IMG/VR virus record: IMGVR_UViG_3300010002_000006
Span: 62,001-126,000 of that record
Source of the DNA: an uncultured virus (IMG/VR IMGVR_UViG_3300010002_000006)
Lineage: Duplodnaviria > Heunggongvirae > Uroviricota > Caudoviricetes
Strand: one strand, 5' to 3'
Length of the DNA: 64,000 nt
Under the pieces are notes generated by a model. That model did not search any database. It saw only the letters and a list, made by a program, of their open reading frames with translations, and was not told where the DNA came from. Shown in pieces: positions 18,456 through 28,267 of the stretch. Both the position numbers and the translations under genes were made by a program. How positions within the stretch are numbered: position 1 is the stretch's first letter; the number at the start of each line of letters is the position of its first letter.

Positions 18456-20846
18456 TCAGAAACGTCTTGGCAACGGGTGCGTGTAATCTTCAGTCTCCGA
18501 TACTGCGCGCAATACGAAAGCGCTTTCAGGATCCAGACCTGAACGACTCACTGCCCATACCGTGTCGTGTTGATCTTTGCGGAATTTCAACAACACCTGC
18601 GGGTATTCACCAAAATGACGCCCAGCCACTTCAATGGCTTTACGGAAAATGGCAAACAACTGCGGGTTGACGGATTCCTTCACATAGGCAGGTTCTGGTG
18701 AAACCGGACCATCTTGCTTGATCATATTAATGAACACAGATTCGCGTACAAAGATGATCTTGCGTTTGGCGGCTGCCATCAATGCCATGCGGGATTCATC
18801 GTCTTCATTTTTATAACGGGATTCAAACTCTTTACGGGTCTCTTCCTTGCCCATGAGAATCTCAATACCATTACGCATGAAGTCGTTGGATCCATACTCC
18901 AGGAATGCGCGCAGCGACGGGTGATCGTTATCAGTAAGATAAGTAATCAGATCTTCGATATCTTCGAAGATGGAACCCACTCGCAGATACGGTGCACTCA
19001 TGTCTTCTTTGGTTTCGGCATAGCCACGTGTTTCCACTAACCAGCGGTTAACCAAATGAGTGAGGTACGTTTCAACGAATGTAGTGAATTCGCTGTCGAA
19101 CCCAGAGAACTCACGACACTGACCACGTAATGCGCGCAGCACACGGCCGGTATCGGTTTTCTCTTCGGTGTTTCCTTTCACCATCAGTTTAAAGCGGCTG
19201 TATAATACATCAGCATCAACATTCGCTCCCAGGTTCCATACCTGAGTGTTAACCATCGGTAACACAAACGCGTCTAACTTGGACGTTGGGTCATACGACT
19301 CGGTGAACGTATCAATACGTTCCAAGGTATCACTGTTGCCTTTGTTAGCCGCCATCGGACGACTACCCACCAGGAGATCTGGCAGTTTGTCCAACTCTTT
19401 CATTTCTTCCATCGGCACAATCACATTGTCACGCACAAAGTCAGATGTTTCCATCGCCTTGGGATCAAACGTGGTGCGCTGTACGCCGTCTTCTTCAAAC
19501 ATAAACGGCAGCAGTTCAGATGGATCACTGATTAGTCGTTGCATATCGGCGACGTCCCGAACAGAGTAGTTGATAAACTTATAGCTGAACGTTCCACCCT
19601 GCCAGTCAAACTTATACACAGCCAGCTTGCCCAGTTGGTTGGTGTCGCTCATTTTGAAGGTTGATCCATCCGCCAGATGCAACGCACGGTGAATCTTGTC
19701 CAGATAATAACGGTGCAGGATATACCAGCCTGTATCCCCAACCTGACGAGCATAGTCATTGAGGTTATACAGATGACGGTTCTCAAAGTTGATATCGTCA
19801 ATCTTCAACACTGGACGATCATAGTTATCAGTGGCTGGCACTGCTACACGTGCAGGCGTTGAGACCTCACCAATGGACGTGCCGTTATACGCCCCTGCAG
19901 TTTGGTTCTTACGTGCTTCATTAAGTACCCAGTTAGTGATGTCATCTGCAGCCGGAGCAGTAGTTTGACCATAACTGTTGGCGGCACTCATGTAATCATA
20001 CACATTGGCACCCATACCAAGATCAGTGGGAGAAACCACATCAATCAGTGGGTTGTGCATGGTGTTCTTTTCGCTGATTTCAGCCAACTTCCCTTTCATA
20101 TATGGACATTCAAGATTCGCAAAGGTATAGCGATGCTGGACCATATTGGCAATAGGCTCTTCACGCGAGGCCAGTTCTTGTTTTGCAGAACTGGTGAGAC
20201 GGTAGTAGCTTTGCGGGTCGTTGGAGAGGTAGTCAATAAATTGCAACGTGATGATATCGATACAGCACCGATAAAACATCTCCTGAAGTTGCGACTGATC
20301 ATTACGGATGGTGGAGTTACCCTTCATCAGTTCATACGCCAACACCGTACCGAATTGAATACCGGCGTTCATCAGGATAAAGGTTGACAACGCTTTCGTG
20401 TTATCAATGTCCGTAACAAACTTCTCCATGATTGGGTCTTTAGGTCCGTTACGCAGTGGGGACTTAAAGCGGGCCAGTGCACTACGCCAGGCAGCATAGA
20501 ACACACTCTTGGTGACGTTATTCAGACAGACGCTTACAACACCGTGGGCAACTGCGCCGCCTTCAGCTAATGCTTGGGCTTTGAGTTGATCTTCGCCGAT
20601 GTCACCTTCCAGCCCGATAATCGCAGCGTAGTTGGTGTGATGTGCGCCATAGTTGTACAGGTTACCCATACTGTTTTGTTGCGGAGTAAGGTTACCTGCA
20701 AAACGACCTGCCAATGCCGCAAGGTTAGCCAGCGGGTTTTGTTGTGGCTGGTTAGTTTGGTTTGGTTGAGGTTGACCCGTGCCGGTATTGGTTCTACGGC
20801 CGGTGAATACATCATTAGCGCCAGGGTTCATGTTGTTAGGAATCAT
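18456..20846 (-). CDS. Large hypothetical protein
   Basis: 796 aa with a Q/N/P-rich low-complexity N-terminus; directly follows the RNAP beta fragment. Confidence 0.7.
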   Translation of the reverse strand: MIPNNMNPGANDVFTGRRTNTGTGQPQPNQTNQPQQNPLANLAALAGRFAGNLTPQQNSMGNLYNYGAHHTNYAAIIGLEGDIGEDQLKAQALAEGGAVAHGVVSVCLNNVTKSVFYAAWRSALARFKSPLRNGPKDPIMEKFVTDIDNTKALSTFILMNAGIQFGTVLAYELMKGNSTIRNDQSQLQEMFYRCCIDIITLQFIDYLSNDPQSYYRLTSSAKQELASREEPIANMVQHRYTFANLECPYMKGKLAEISEKNTMHNPLIDVVSPTDLGMGANVYDYMSAANSYGQTTAPAADDITNWVLNEARKNQTAGAYNGTSIGEVSTPARVAVPATDNYDRPVLKIDDINFENRHLYNLNDYARQVGDTGWYILHRYYLDKIHRALHLADGSTFKMSDTNQLGKLAVYKFDWQGGTFSYKFINYSVRDVADMQRLISDPSELLPFMFEEDGVQRTTFDPKAMETSDFVRDNVIVPMEEMKELDKLPDLLVGSRPMAANKGNSDTLERIDTFTESYDPTSKLDAFVLPMVNTQVWNLGANVDADVLYSRFKLMVKGNTEEKTDTGRVLRALRGQCREFSGFDSEFTTFVETYLTHLVNRWLVETRGYAETKEDMSAPYLRVGSIFEDIEDLITYLTDNDHPSLRAFLEYGSNDFMRNGIEILMGKEETRKEFESRYKNEDDESRMALMAAAKRKIIFVRESVFINMIKQDGPVSPEPAYVKESVNPQLFAIFRKAIEVAGRHFGEYPQVLLKFRKDQHDTVWAVSRSGLDPESAFVLRAVSETEDYTHPLPRRF

Positions 20847-20851
20847 CGGGT

Positions 20852-22543
20852 TTACATCTCTCTAAATTTAAGCCTACGTTTGGTGGCCTCGTACAACGGA
20901 CGGTCTTCGGGGCGCAACGCAGTGTACTTACCTTGTACTAAGTGAACCCGTGGTTGGAGCATTCCACGACCATCCGGATTGGGTTTACTTGCATACTGAT
21001 AAGACACTACAAATGGTTGCGATGCGTGAATCACGCTCCCAGGATGGTTGGGATCAAAATCTTCTTTCTTACGACCAGGTCCGCGGTTAACCGTGGATTT
21101 GGTTTGAAGGATGATGCCCAGGCCATAGTCGATAAGTGGATTATCAGTACCGGTCTGTTCGAGGATGGTATTGTTCTCACGTACCGAAGTATCGATGTTA
21201 AACAAACGGAAATGGGTATCCAGTTCGCGGTTGATAATCTTCGGGGTGATGTTACTTTTATTACGGATCATGAAACGGAAGTCATTGGCCTGATGAATCA
21301 GGAAATCCACCAAGAACTCCATGGAGGCCAGTTCTTTGTGAAGCATGTCTGCCGGATCATACAACTTGATCAAGGAGGAGTAGTTAAGGATCAGATAGTT
21401 AAACAAGTCGTACGTCGTTTTGATATTGATGTCAAACTTGTTGTATTTCTTCACCGTGATGTTATCTGCCATTTCTTCGATGCTCGTGAAATGCTCGTTC
21501 ATCTGTCGCAGATACGTACTCGGATCGGTGCGCTGTGGCAGTCGGATAGAACAACGGCCAATGATCACGCGCCAATAGTCGATGTCATTAATACGTCCAA
21601 CATCTAACTCGTGGCTAAATACCCCAAACATAAACAATAGCCCGCCAGCGTATTGTAATGCCAGGTTACTGATTTCCCCGCCTTCTTTAGTACTGCGAAT
21701 GGCCAACGCCGGATCGTCTAACAGAGGTGCACCTTTGGGACGGTCAAACGACTTCGCGTGAACCGCACCGGTGTTGCTTAAGATCTGCCACCCTTCAGAC
21801 TCCGGACAGATGTCCAGTAGTGTGTCCAGGGTATCGACCTTGTACTCACACTCTGCAAACTCGTTCATGCAATGTTCAAAACCATATTTACCAAAGACAT
21901 ACCAGGACAATAAAGGAATGGGTACCTTTTTGCTGGTGATCTTACGGTCATTGCGTGAGCTCATAAAACGGTTGGCAGGCAGTGTCATGTTAATAGCGCT
22001 GGTAACAGTATTGCCGCCGGCGCGATACACACGGTTAAAGGTGTGAATCTCTTTGGTGACTTTGAACTTGTAACCCAGTACACGGATAAAGATGGTTTTG
22101 TCTTTACCGCCATCAACCGAGGGACCGCGTTCAGATAACACATACTGCAAGTTATAGACACTGTTACGTGTCAAGATGTCGCCGTACTTATTGGTATAAG
22201 CCAGGAACATCATGGGTGTTTTCAATTCAGTTTCGACACCTGTTACTGGGTCGCGAAAATGATTGAGTATCCTTACCCCAAAGAAACTGTTTTTAGCGAT
22301 CTCAAAGTCTTTGGTTCCGTTACCCGTGATCTTGGTGATCTGGGAATAGAACTCAATCGGGTCCACTTCTTCGATGCCATCGAAATAATACCCTTTCTCC
22401 TGCAATGATCGGAACATGTTCGTGAACGCTTCCGTAAGGTGCGGAATGATTCGATCCATGTCACGTTTGTGCCATCCATCCACCAACTCTTGGGTAAACC
22501 CACCCCGTTGCGCTGCTAGCGCCTTGAGTACCTGCGGATCCAT
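20852..22543 (-). CDS. Phage RNA polymerase beta subunit, N-terminal fragment (probably non-virion RNAP)
   Basis: LQYVLSERG and IHASQPFVVSYQYASKPNPDGRG resemble RpoB segments (VSQLHRSPG; HP.HYGR.CP.ETPEG.NIG); located just downstream of the capsid gene as phiKZ gp123 is. Confidence 0.7.
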   Translation of the reverse strand: MDPQVLKALAAQRGGFTQELVDGWHKRDMDRIIPHLTEAFTNMFRSLQEKGYYFDGIEEVDPIEFYSQITKITGNGTKDFEIAKNSFFGVRILNHFRDPVTGVETELKTPMMFLAYTNKYGDILTRNSVYNLQYVLSERGPSVDGGKDKTIFIRVLGYKFKVTKEIHTFNRVYRAGGNTVTSAINMTLPANRFMSSRNDRKITSKKVPIPLLSWYVFGKYGFEHCMNEFAECEYKVDTLDTLLDICPESEGWQILSNTGAVHAKSFDRPKGAPLLDDPALAIRSTKEGGEISNLALQYAGGLLFMFGVFSHELDVGRINDIDYWRVIIGRCSIRLPQRTDPSTYLRQMNEHFTSIEEMADNITVKKYNKFDINIKTTYDLFNYLILNYSSLIKLYDPADMLHKELASMEFLVDFLIHQANDFRFMIRNKSNITPKIINRELDTHFRLFNIDTSVRENNTILEQTGTDNPLIDYGLGIILQTKSTVNRGPGRKKEDFDPNHPGSVIHASQPFVVSYQYASKPNPDGRGMLQPRVHLVQGKYTALRPEDRPLYEATKRRLKFREM

Positions 22544-22557
22544 TTTCTCTCCTATTA

Positions 22558-23643
22558 CTAAACAATTTTCAAAAGCTGCAACAGTGTTAAAACAGTTTTA
22601 GCATTTGCGATGAGAGTAGTGATTAATCGATTTACACCACTTACATAATCATCGGCCCGGTATTCTTTCAGTTTTTCCAGGGCTACTGTCTGTTTGAAAT
22701 CACTTTGTGCTCTATTTATTTTTTCTACCCGCGCCTTGGAATCCAGTTCCTCGATCTTCAGGTTGAGCTTTTTCACTTCGCCGCGTAGTTCTTTATTTTC
22801 TTTCTTTGTTTTCTCATTTTCGGACGTAACCGAAACTGTATACTCTCCTGTGGAATGACGTCTGGCCTCTCGCTCGGTATGATGGAGATTGAGACTAAGT
22901 AGTTGTTTGCTGTCAAGCAACGTGTTAATAGGAATAAACTGTTTATGTTCTAATCGTAATCCGCCGGCTAAGTATAGCCCCTCTTCTTGCTCCTCATCTA
23001 TTACTGGTACTATCATGGTGGGTTTGCCAAAGCCTGTGGTCCATAGAACACCGACGCGACTTTGGTTGTCGATTAAACGGGCTGAGAACAAGGTACGAAT
23101 ACCCAGATCAGTATCACCGTCTGCTGCAATGTCAATCTCTTCCAGTTCTTTTATGATCTGGTCGTTGATGTAACCAATTGGATTACTGCCGTGTGACTTC
23201 TCCACCAGGTTGGTGGTTTCCCGCAGCGTAATACCCAACAGGTTAGATCGGTGCGTGGTACGTGTATCAAAGAAGTCAAACTGCATCTCCACTTGAATCG
23301 TCATACGACACTGATCGGTTTCAGAGGCATAGATGTTAATCCGCCCCCGCGCTTCTTGAATCTTTTTATTAAATGCTTCCAGGTAATCCCGGTCACATTG
23401 TAGTTGAGACTCTGTACTCAAAACACTAACACGTCGAGGATCAACCGAACGGGTGATGCGTGCAATAACTTTGCCGCGGTCTGCCAATCGTTCTGGTCTG
23501 CCCTCCTGTCGGAGTATCTCAATCTCAATACCCAATCGATCCGTGATAACGATATCATGACTGGTGTAGTTGAAATATTCCACTCCTTCAATAACCGGTG
23601 CGTTTCGAGACGGAATCCAGGTATCGCCGGAAACTGTACTCAT
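22558..23643 (-). CDS. Hypothetical protein with C-terminal coiled coil
   Basis: 361 aa; ENEKTKKENKELRGEVKKLNLKIEEL heptads; GGGAG upstream. Confidence 0.7.
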   Translation of the reverse strand: MSTVSGDTWIPSRNAPVIEGVEYFNYTSHDIVITDRLGIEIEILRQEGRPERLADRGKVIARITRSVDPRRVSVLSTESQLQCDRDYLEAFNKKIQEARGRINIYASETDQCRMTIQVEMQFDFFDTRTTHRSNLLGITLRETTNLVEKSHGSNPIGYINDQIIKELEEIDIAADGDTDLGIRTLFSARLIDNQSRVGVLWTTGFGKPTMIVPVIDEEQEEGLYLAGGLRLEHKQFIPINTLLDSKQLLSLNLHHTEREARRHSTGEYTVSVTSENEKTKKENKELRGEVKKLNLKIEELDSKARVEKINRAQSDFKQTVALEKLKEYRADDYVSGVNRLITTLIANAKTVLTLLQLLKIV

Positions 23644-23698
23644 AAGACTCCCAATATTTCTTGCAAGAAATAATATTAACTACCATTACCCTTTGATA

Positions 23699-23712
23699 AT
23701 ATTTGCTTGAAA
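23699..23712 (-). promoter_or_regulatory. Putative phage promoter motif TTTCA-NN-CA-N-ATAT
   Basis: Minus strand TTTCAAGCAAATAT, 56 nt upstream of the 361-aa gene. Confidence 0.5.
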
Positions 23713-23741
23713 TAGTTTAGACCCTTTTTTATATAGGCAGC

Positions 23742-23778
23742 AAAAACCCCCTACCCCAGCCGCAGCCAGGGTAGGAGG
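23742..23778 (-). terminator. Terminator after the major capsid gene (CTAC...GTAG family)
   Basis: CCTACCC...GGGTAGG imperfect stem with a minus-strand TTTTT tract. Confidence 0.65.
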
Positions 23779-23819
23779 AAATTGGTATAACTTGGTACTC
23801 AGGTTACCCGGTCAGAACC

Positions 23820-25973
23820 TTACGGAACTGTTACTGGGATTTCCTGTGCAGTACCCGCATCAGTTTTCTGAACAGTGGTGATTTCACCGCCGATGATGTG
23901 CTTGTTCACGCGAGTGATCAGGCCTTCGGTTCCCATCAGATCTTTGATGTCTTCGATCACAACGCGACCGATTACCGGGCACAGGCTGTGATGCTGGTAC
24001 GCTGGCTGAGTTACGATGGTGCGGTACTGGCGGTCTGCCTGCAGTACTTGGCCTTCGATAACAACCAGTTCTTTCGCTACGCAGATGCCGATACCACCGA
24101 AGATATCAACTTCACCGTTTTTGGTGCGAGAGGTCGGAACAACCCACATACGGCCAACTTCAGAATCGATGTTGGTTTCCAGGATGTTGAACTTGATGTT
24201 CTGACCGAAGGTACGGTAGTCGCCCTGAGTCATCAGGAACGGCGCCAGTGCGGCGTGTGCGATTACGGTGTACTCTTCAGCACGGCCGTCCAACTCTTTC
24301 AGCGCAGAGATGTTAGAGTTGATACGCATCGCAGTGATGATGTCCCACAGCTTGTTCACCAGAGTCGCTTCGATGTTTTCGCGAGTGTCTTTAGAATCCA
24401 GCGTAGAAACAGTGTCAACCAGGTTCAGCGTTGATTCAATACCAACCGTACCCAGGAAGTGCTGACCTGGCAGGATAGAAGAAGAATCGTCGTTGATGTT
24501 GACAACTTTCATACCGTTGTTGTCGCGGATGTAGTCGAAGTGCTGGTTAGCAGCTTTGAACGCATCGTGAGACATGTTACGGCTGATCATCACATCCATC
24601 TGACCAACCAGTTTCTGCAGTACAGCACCGTTGGTGTCATCTGGTGACATTGGGTACTTAACAGAGATCGGCTGACGACGGTTGATGTTGTAAGACTTTT
24701 TCACGTTCGCGTAAACGATCGTGGTACCGTAGCGACTACGGTTGGTGTTCGCGTGGTTCATGCTCAGGTGGATACCGGCAACTTCGCCAGCAACTTTCTG
24801 AGTCGCGATCAGGGTGTTCAGCGCAGCAGACATGCCAGACGCGCCTGGGGTCATGCGGTTGCCATCTTTATCAACGACGTAAGCAACAGACACCGGAGAA
24901 ACAGTTGGTGACCAGCTACGGGTTGAACGAGAATAGGTCGCAGTGACTTCGAACTGCAGGTAAACGCGCAGACCAGCGTCAGTCAGAGATTTGAACAGCT
25001 GAGTGCTGTTGCCATCTTTGTCTTTGAAGTTTTCAGAGCTGATGCCGTTGCTAACGAAGTTGATCTGACGTTTTTCATCAGAGGTCACACCGGTAGTTGG
25101 GCGCGCTGCAACACCAGACATGCTGGAAGTGTTCAGAACGTAGAAACCAGAACCGTCTTTGGTATCCAGTTTGATCAGCAGGTCTTCCATTTTGATAGAA
25201 GAAGCTTCGATCTCATCGTTCTGCTCGAAAGCAGGTGCACCTGGAGCGCGGCAGAGAGACAGCAGGTTCTGCAGCTTTTTCACAGCCAGGAAGTTGGTCT
25301 GGTGACCCTGACGGCCCATCAGATCGCCATCGTCATAAGACACAGCCCATGGCGCCCAGTCAGATGAATCAACAAACGCAGTAGCGTTCGCATCCTGACT
25401 GTTTTCTGGCAGAACTGGAACCAGCTTCAGGTCGTCGCCTGGATTGAATTTTGAATCAGACAGAACTGATGCGATCGGACGCAGGTTTTCCCAGGCTTCG
25501 TTCACGTTGCCAGAAGAGTTGTACGCGCCGACACCAGCGATGTCGATTGGCATTTCCAGCGCTTCCTGAGTATAAGGAACGATCAGCGTTGGATACAGAG
25601 CTTCAGCGGCAGGCCACTGTTTGTTACCACGGGCGTTCAGCTCGATGGTCGCTGCTTTCATACGAGCAACTTCACCTGGCTCGAGTTGCATAGAGAAAGA
25701 CTCCATGCCGCCGTGTTTGATCATGTCGCGCAGTTTCGCGGCACGGTCTTTGAACTGACCATCGCTGTCAGTCAGAGATTTTACAGCCAGGCGCTGGTTA
25801 TAACCCATGCCATCGGCCAGGATTTTGACGTCACCGCTGAAGTTCTCATTACCAACGATTGATTCCATGGTGCCGTCAGTGTGTGCGAGAGTGCCGCCCA
25901 GTGCTGCATTAATCAGTGCTTTAATAGAGCCGCCGTTGCCAGAAGCAAAACGGAAGTTTGAATTTTGATCCAT
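23820..25973 (-). CDS. Major capsid protein precursor
   Basis: 717 aa, strongly biased codon usage, AAEALYPTLIV segment like phiKZ-family capsids, N-terminal G-x-E sites, own terminator, lies between DnaB and RNAP beta as in phiKZ. Confidence 0.85.
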   Translation of the reverse strand: MDQNSNFRFASGNGGSIKALINAALGGTLAHTDGTMESIVGNENFSGDVKILADGMGYNQRLAVKSLTDSDGQFKDRAAKLRDMIKHGGMESFSMQLEPGEVARMKAATIELNARGNKQWPAAEALYPTLIVPYTQEALEMPIDIAGVGAYNSSGNVNEAWENLRPIASVLSDSKFNPGDDLKLVPVLPENSQDANATAFVDSSDWAPWAVSYDDGDLMGRQGHQTNFLAVKKLQNLLSLCRAPGAPAFEQNDEIEASSIKMEDLLIKLDTKDGSGFYVLNTSSMSGVAARPTTGVTSDEKRQINFVSNGISSENFKDKDGNSTQLFKSLTDAGLRVYLQFEVTATYSRSTRSWSPTVSPVSVAYVVDKDGNRMTPGASGMSAALNTLIATQKVAGEVAGIHLSMNHANTNRSRYGTTIVYANVKKSYNINRRQPISVKYPMSPDDTNGAVLQKLVGQMDVMISRNMSHDAFKAANQHFDYIRDNNGMKVVNINDDSSSILPGQHFLGTVGIESTLNLVDTVSTLDSKDTRENIEATLVNKLWDIITAMRINSNISALKELDGRAEEYTVIAHAALAPFLMTQGDYRTFGQNIKFNILETNIDSEVGRMWVVPTSRTKNGEVDIFGGIGICVAKELVVIEGQVLQADRQYRTIVTQPAYQHHSLCPVIGRVVIEDIKDLMGTEGLITRVNKHIIGGEITTVQKTDAGTAQEIPVTVP

Positions 25974-26087
25974 CGTTGATACCCTTTACGAAAAAAGCTT
26001 TGAAAACAAATATATTTGTTCGCGGTTACAATGTTTACGCATAAGATAGCTTATTATCTCTAGCGCATCCCACAATTCCACACAGTA

Positions 26088-26639
26088 TTACTGAGCGGCT
26101 TTTTGAATTACAAAACCCAAATCAATATACTTTCTTTGAGCAACCGTCTTTGTGAGTTCTTTATTTTCACGGAAGTACGATTCGAAAACATTATAAGCCG
26201 ACAGTAATGATTGATAAAGAGAACTGGCCAGATCCCCTTGAACGTTTGTGAACATTGAATTGTTCACAGTATTATTACTGTTAAGAATGAAAAGCGTGCC
26301 ATTGATGACATGATAGTAGAAGTGCTGACCTAAACGAATACTACGGTCGCTATCTAATAGCGTGTCATATTTTGCCTTATAAACCACTCCCTTGCGATTC
26401 ACATCCCCGACAAGCGAGTCTGCACCGTAATCGTAGGTTGTCGATTTAAATCCACAATATTGCTTTTCAACTGCACGCTGGAAGCCTAACCAGTCCAGGA
26501 GATCTTCATCTGCGATCTCTGAGAACTTTGGAAGGTAGGGCAGCTGTGCGAGTTCCAGCTTATGCGAATTCAGCAGGTTCAAGTGATGTTCCTGTAAGAA
26601 GAACACCTTGACGCCTTTATCGCCTGATTTAAACAACAT
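26088..26639 (-). CDS. Hypothetical protein
   Basis: 183-aa ORF upstream of the capsid gene. Confidence 0.65.
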   Translation of the reverse strand: MLFKSGDKGVKVFFLQEHHLNLLNSHKLELAQLPYLPKFSEIADEDLLDWLGFQRAVEKQYCGFKSTTYDYGADSLVGDVNRKGVVYKAKYDTLLDSDRSIRLGQHFYYHVINGTLFILNSNNTVNNSMFTNVQGDLASSLYQSLLSAYNVFESYFRENKELTKTVAQRKYIDLGFVIQKAAQ

Positions 26640-26677
26640 ATTGAATAACCCTATTAAGTTTCAACGAGGAGCCGTAC

Positions 26678-28222
26678 ATGAATAACCTTATTCGTCTTGT
26701 CAAGCTGACCAGTGCGATCTATCAAGCATGGCGTTTAAAAGACGTTGATCTCATGGACGAGATTCTGTTGCTGGCCGAAGAAGTTCCCACCAGTAAAGAA
26801 AGTATGGTTCACCAGGACAAGAAAACCGAAGCACGACTTCGCCGCCTCCTTGCCTGGATCCGTGAGCAGCCAGAAGACTCTAACATCATAACATCACTAC
26901 TCTCTCCGAAGATTGCTGAGATTGTAATGTTGAGTCCTGAGCTGGATAAAGTTCTGAATGATGCCTTCAACAACGATTTAAGTGTAGAAGATTCTCGTCA
27001 GTTTATTTTCCAGATTGTCAAAGAGCTGCGCGAAAACGATTCCAAGAACAAGTTCAGCTCCAAGTTTAAAACCATGGTGCGTCCGTTCCTCTTTGAAGAT
27101 GAGAAAGATCTGACCAAAGATGACTGGATTAAAATCAGCGAACTCATCAACGAGAAAATCACTGACCTCAATGAGAGTACGTTTGATAAAGCGGTGGTTG
27201 AAGCTACAGGGTCAGATAACCCAGAGTCATTGACCGAAGTTATTAACCAGTTGAAGATCGAGACCTCAGCAGAGGGGATCATCAAAACCGGCTTAGCGGG
27301 ATTAAACGAAGCCCTGTTCCCGGACCTGGGTATCCGTCGTGGCTTGATGTACATGATCGAGGCATTAACCAACCGCGGTAAGTCATTTGGTCTGGGCCAC
27401 CTGTTAGCCTCTGTACCGCTCTATAACAAGCCGCTGCTGCGTAACAAGGCCAAGATTCCAACTGTGTTGCTGATGTCAGCAGAAGACAGTCTGGGCTTAA
27501 TCTTTAAGCGTATGTTTGAACTGTTTGTCACGGCCAAAACCGGAGAGAAGCCAGAGTTCTTTGATGCCACCACCGAGGAGGTCGTGAAGACCATCATCGA
27601 TACCTTCCATGAAAATGGCTGGGCATTTAAGTTCTACCGTGTTAACCCAAGTCACGATAACATCTATGAAATCATGCAGCGTGTTCGCAGTCTGGAACTC
27701 AAAGGTCATGAGATCATTGTTGCAGCATATGACTACCTGGCTATGGCTGACCTCACAGGCTGTTCTGGTGAGTCACGTTCTGATAAACTGCAGAACCTCT
27801 ATAACCGTGCGCGTAACTTCTTTACTTCTCGCGGTGCCGCGTTCTTAACTCCACACCAGTTAAACCCGGACGCCAAGAAGTTTATTCGTGAACAGGATGA
27901 TGACTCTGAGATTTACTTTATCCGCGATGTGGGTGGTAAGTCAATGACTGAGGGTTCTACCAAGCTCACGAACGAAGTGGATGTGGTGATTGGGTTCCAC
28001 GTGGCCAAGCTGCAAAACAACGAATGCTGGTTCACCTACTACGTCGGTAAGAAGCGTGGTGAAGGTGCACGAGAGTCAGACCGTTTCGGTATCTACCCGC
28101 TGCATGAAAAGAACGGGTTGGTGCACGACGTTAACTTCGATAAGAAAATTTACCGTAAATCACTACAACACAGAAGTGAAGCAATGGGCGGTGGCTCAGA
28201 CTTTGACAGTATGGATGCCTAA
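26678..28222 (+). CDS. dnaB: DnaB-like replicative helicase
   Basis: Walker A ALTNRGKS, LMSAED, Walker B AYDYL and PHQLN motifs of SF4 helicases. Confidence 0.88.
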   Translation: MNNLIRLVKLTSAIYQAWRLKDVDLMDEILLLAEEVPTSKESMVHQDKKTEARLRRLLAWIREQPEDSNIITSLLSPKIAEIVMLSPELDKVLNDAFNNDLSVEDSRQFIFQIVKELRENDSKNKFSSKFKTMVRPFLFEDEKDLTKDDWIKISELINEKITDLNESTFDKAVVEATGSDNPESLTEVINQLKIETSAEGIIKTGLAGLNEALFPDLGIRRGLMYMIEALTNRGKSFGLGHLLASVPLYNKPLLRNKAKIPTVLLMSAEDSLGLIFKRMFELFVTAKTGEKPEFFDATTEEVVKTIIDTFHENGWAFKFYRVNPSHDNIYEIMQRVRSLELKGHEIIVAAYDYLAMADLTGCSGESRSDKLQNLYNRARNFFTSRGAAFLTPHQLNPDAKKFIREQDDDSEIYFIRDVGGKSMTEGSTKLTNEVDVVIGFHVAKLQNNECWFTYYVGKKRGEGARESDRFGIYPLHEKNGLVHDVNFDKKIYRKSLQHRSEAMGGGSDFDSMDA

Positions 28223-28234
28223 GGGCTAGCATAA

Positions 28235-28264
28235 CTACCTCTACTCCTCACGGAGTAGAGGTAG
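28235..28264. terminator. CTAC...GTAG family hairpin at a convergent junction
   Basis: CTACCTCTACTCC-TCAC-GGAGTAGAGGTAG, 13-bp stem. Confidence 0.75.
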
Positions 28265-28267
28265 GGT

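Noticed and set aside
28226..28235. CTAGCATAAC, identical to the start of the T7 Tphi terminator region (GCATAACCCC also at 47169)
   Set aside because: Only 10 nt match and the stems differ; no vector sequence is present.
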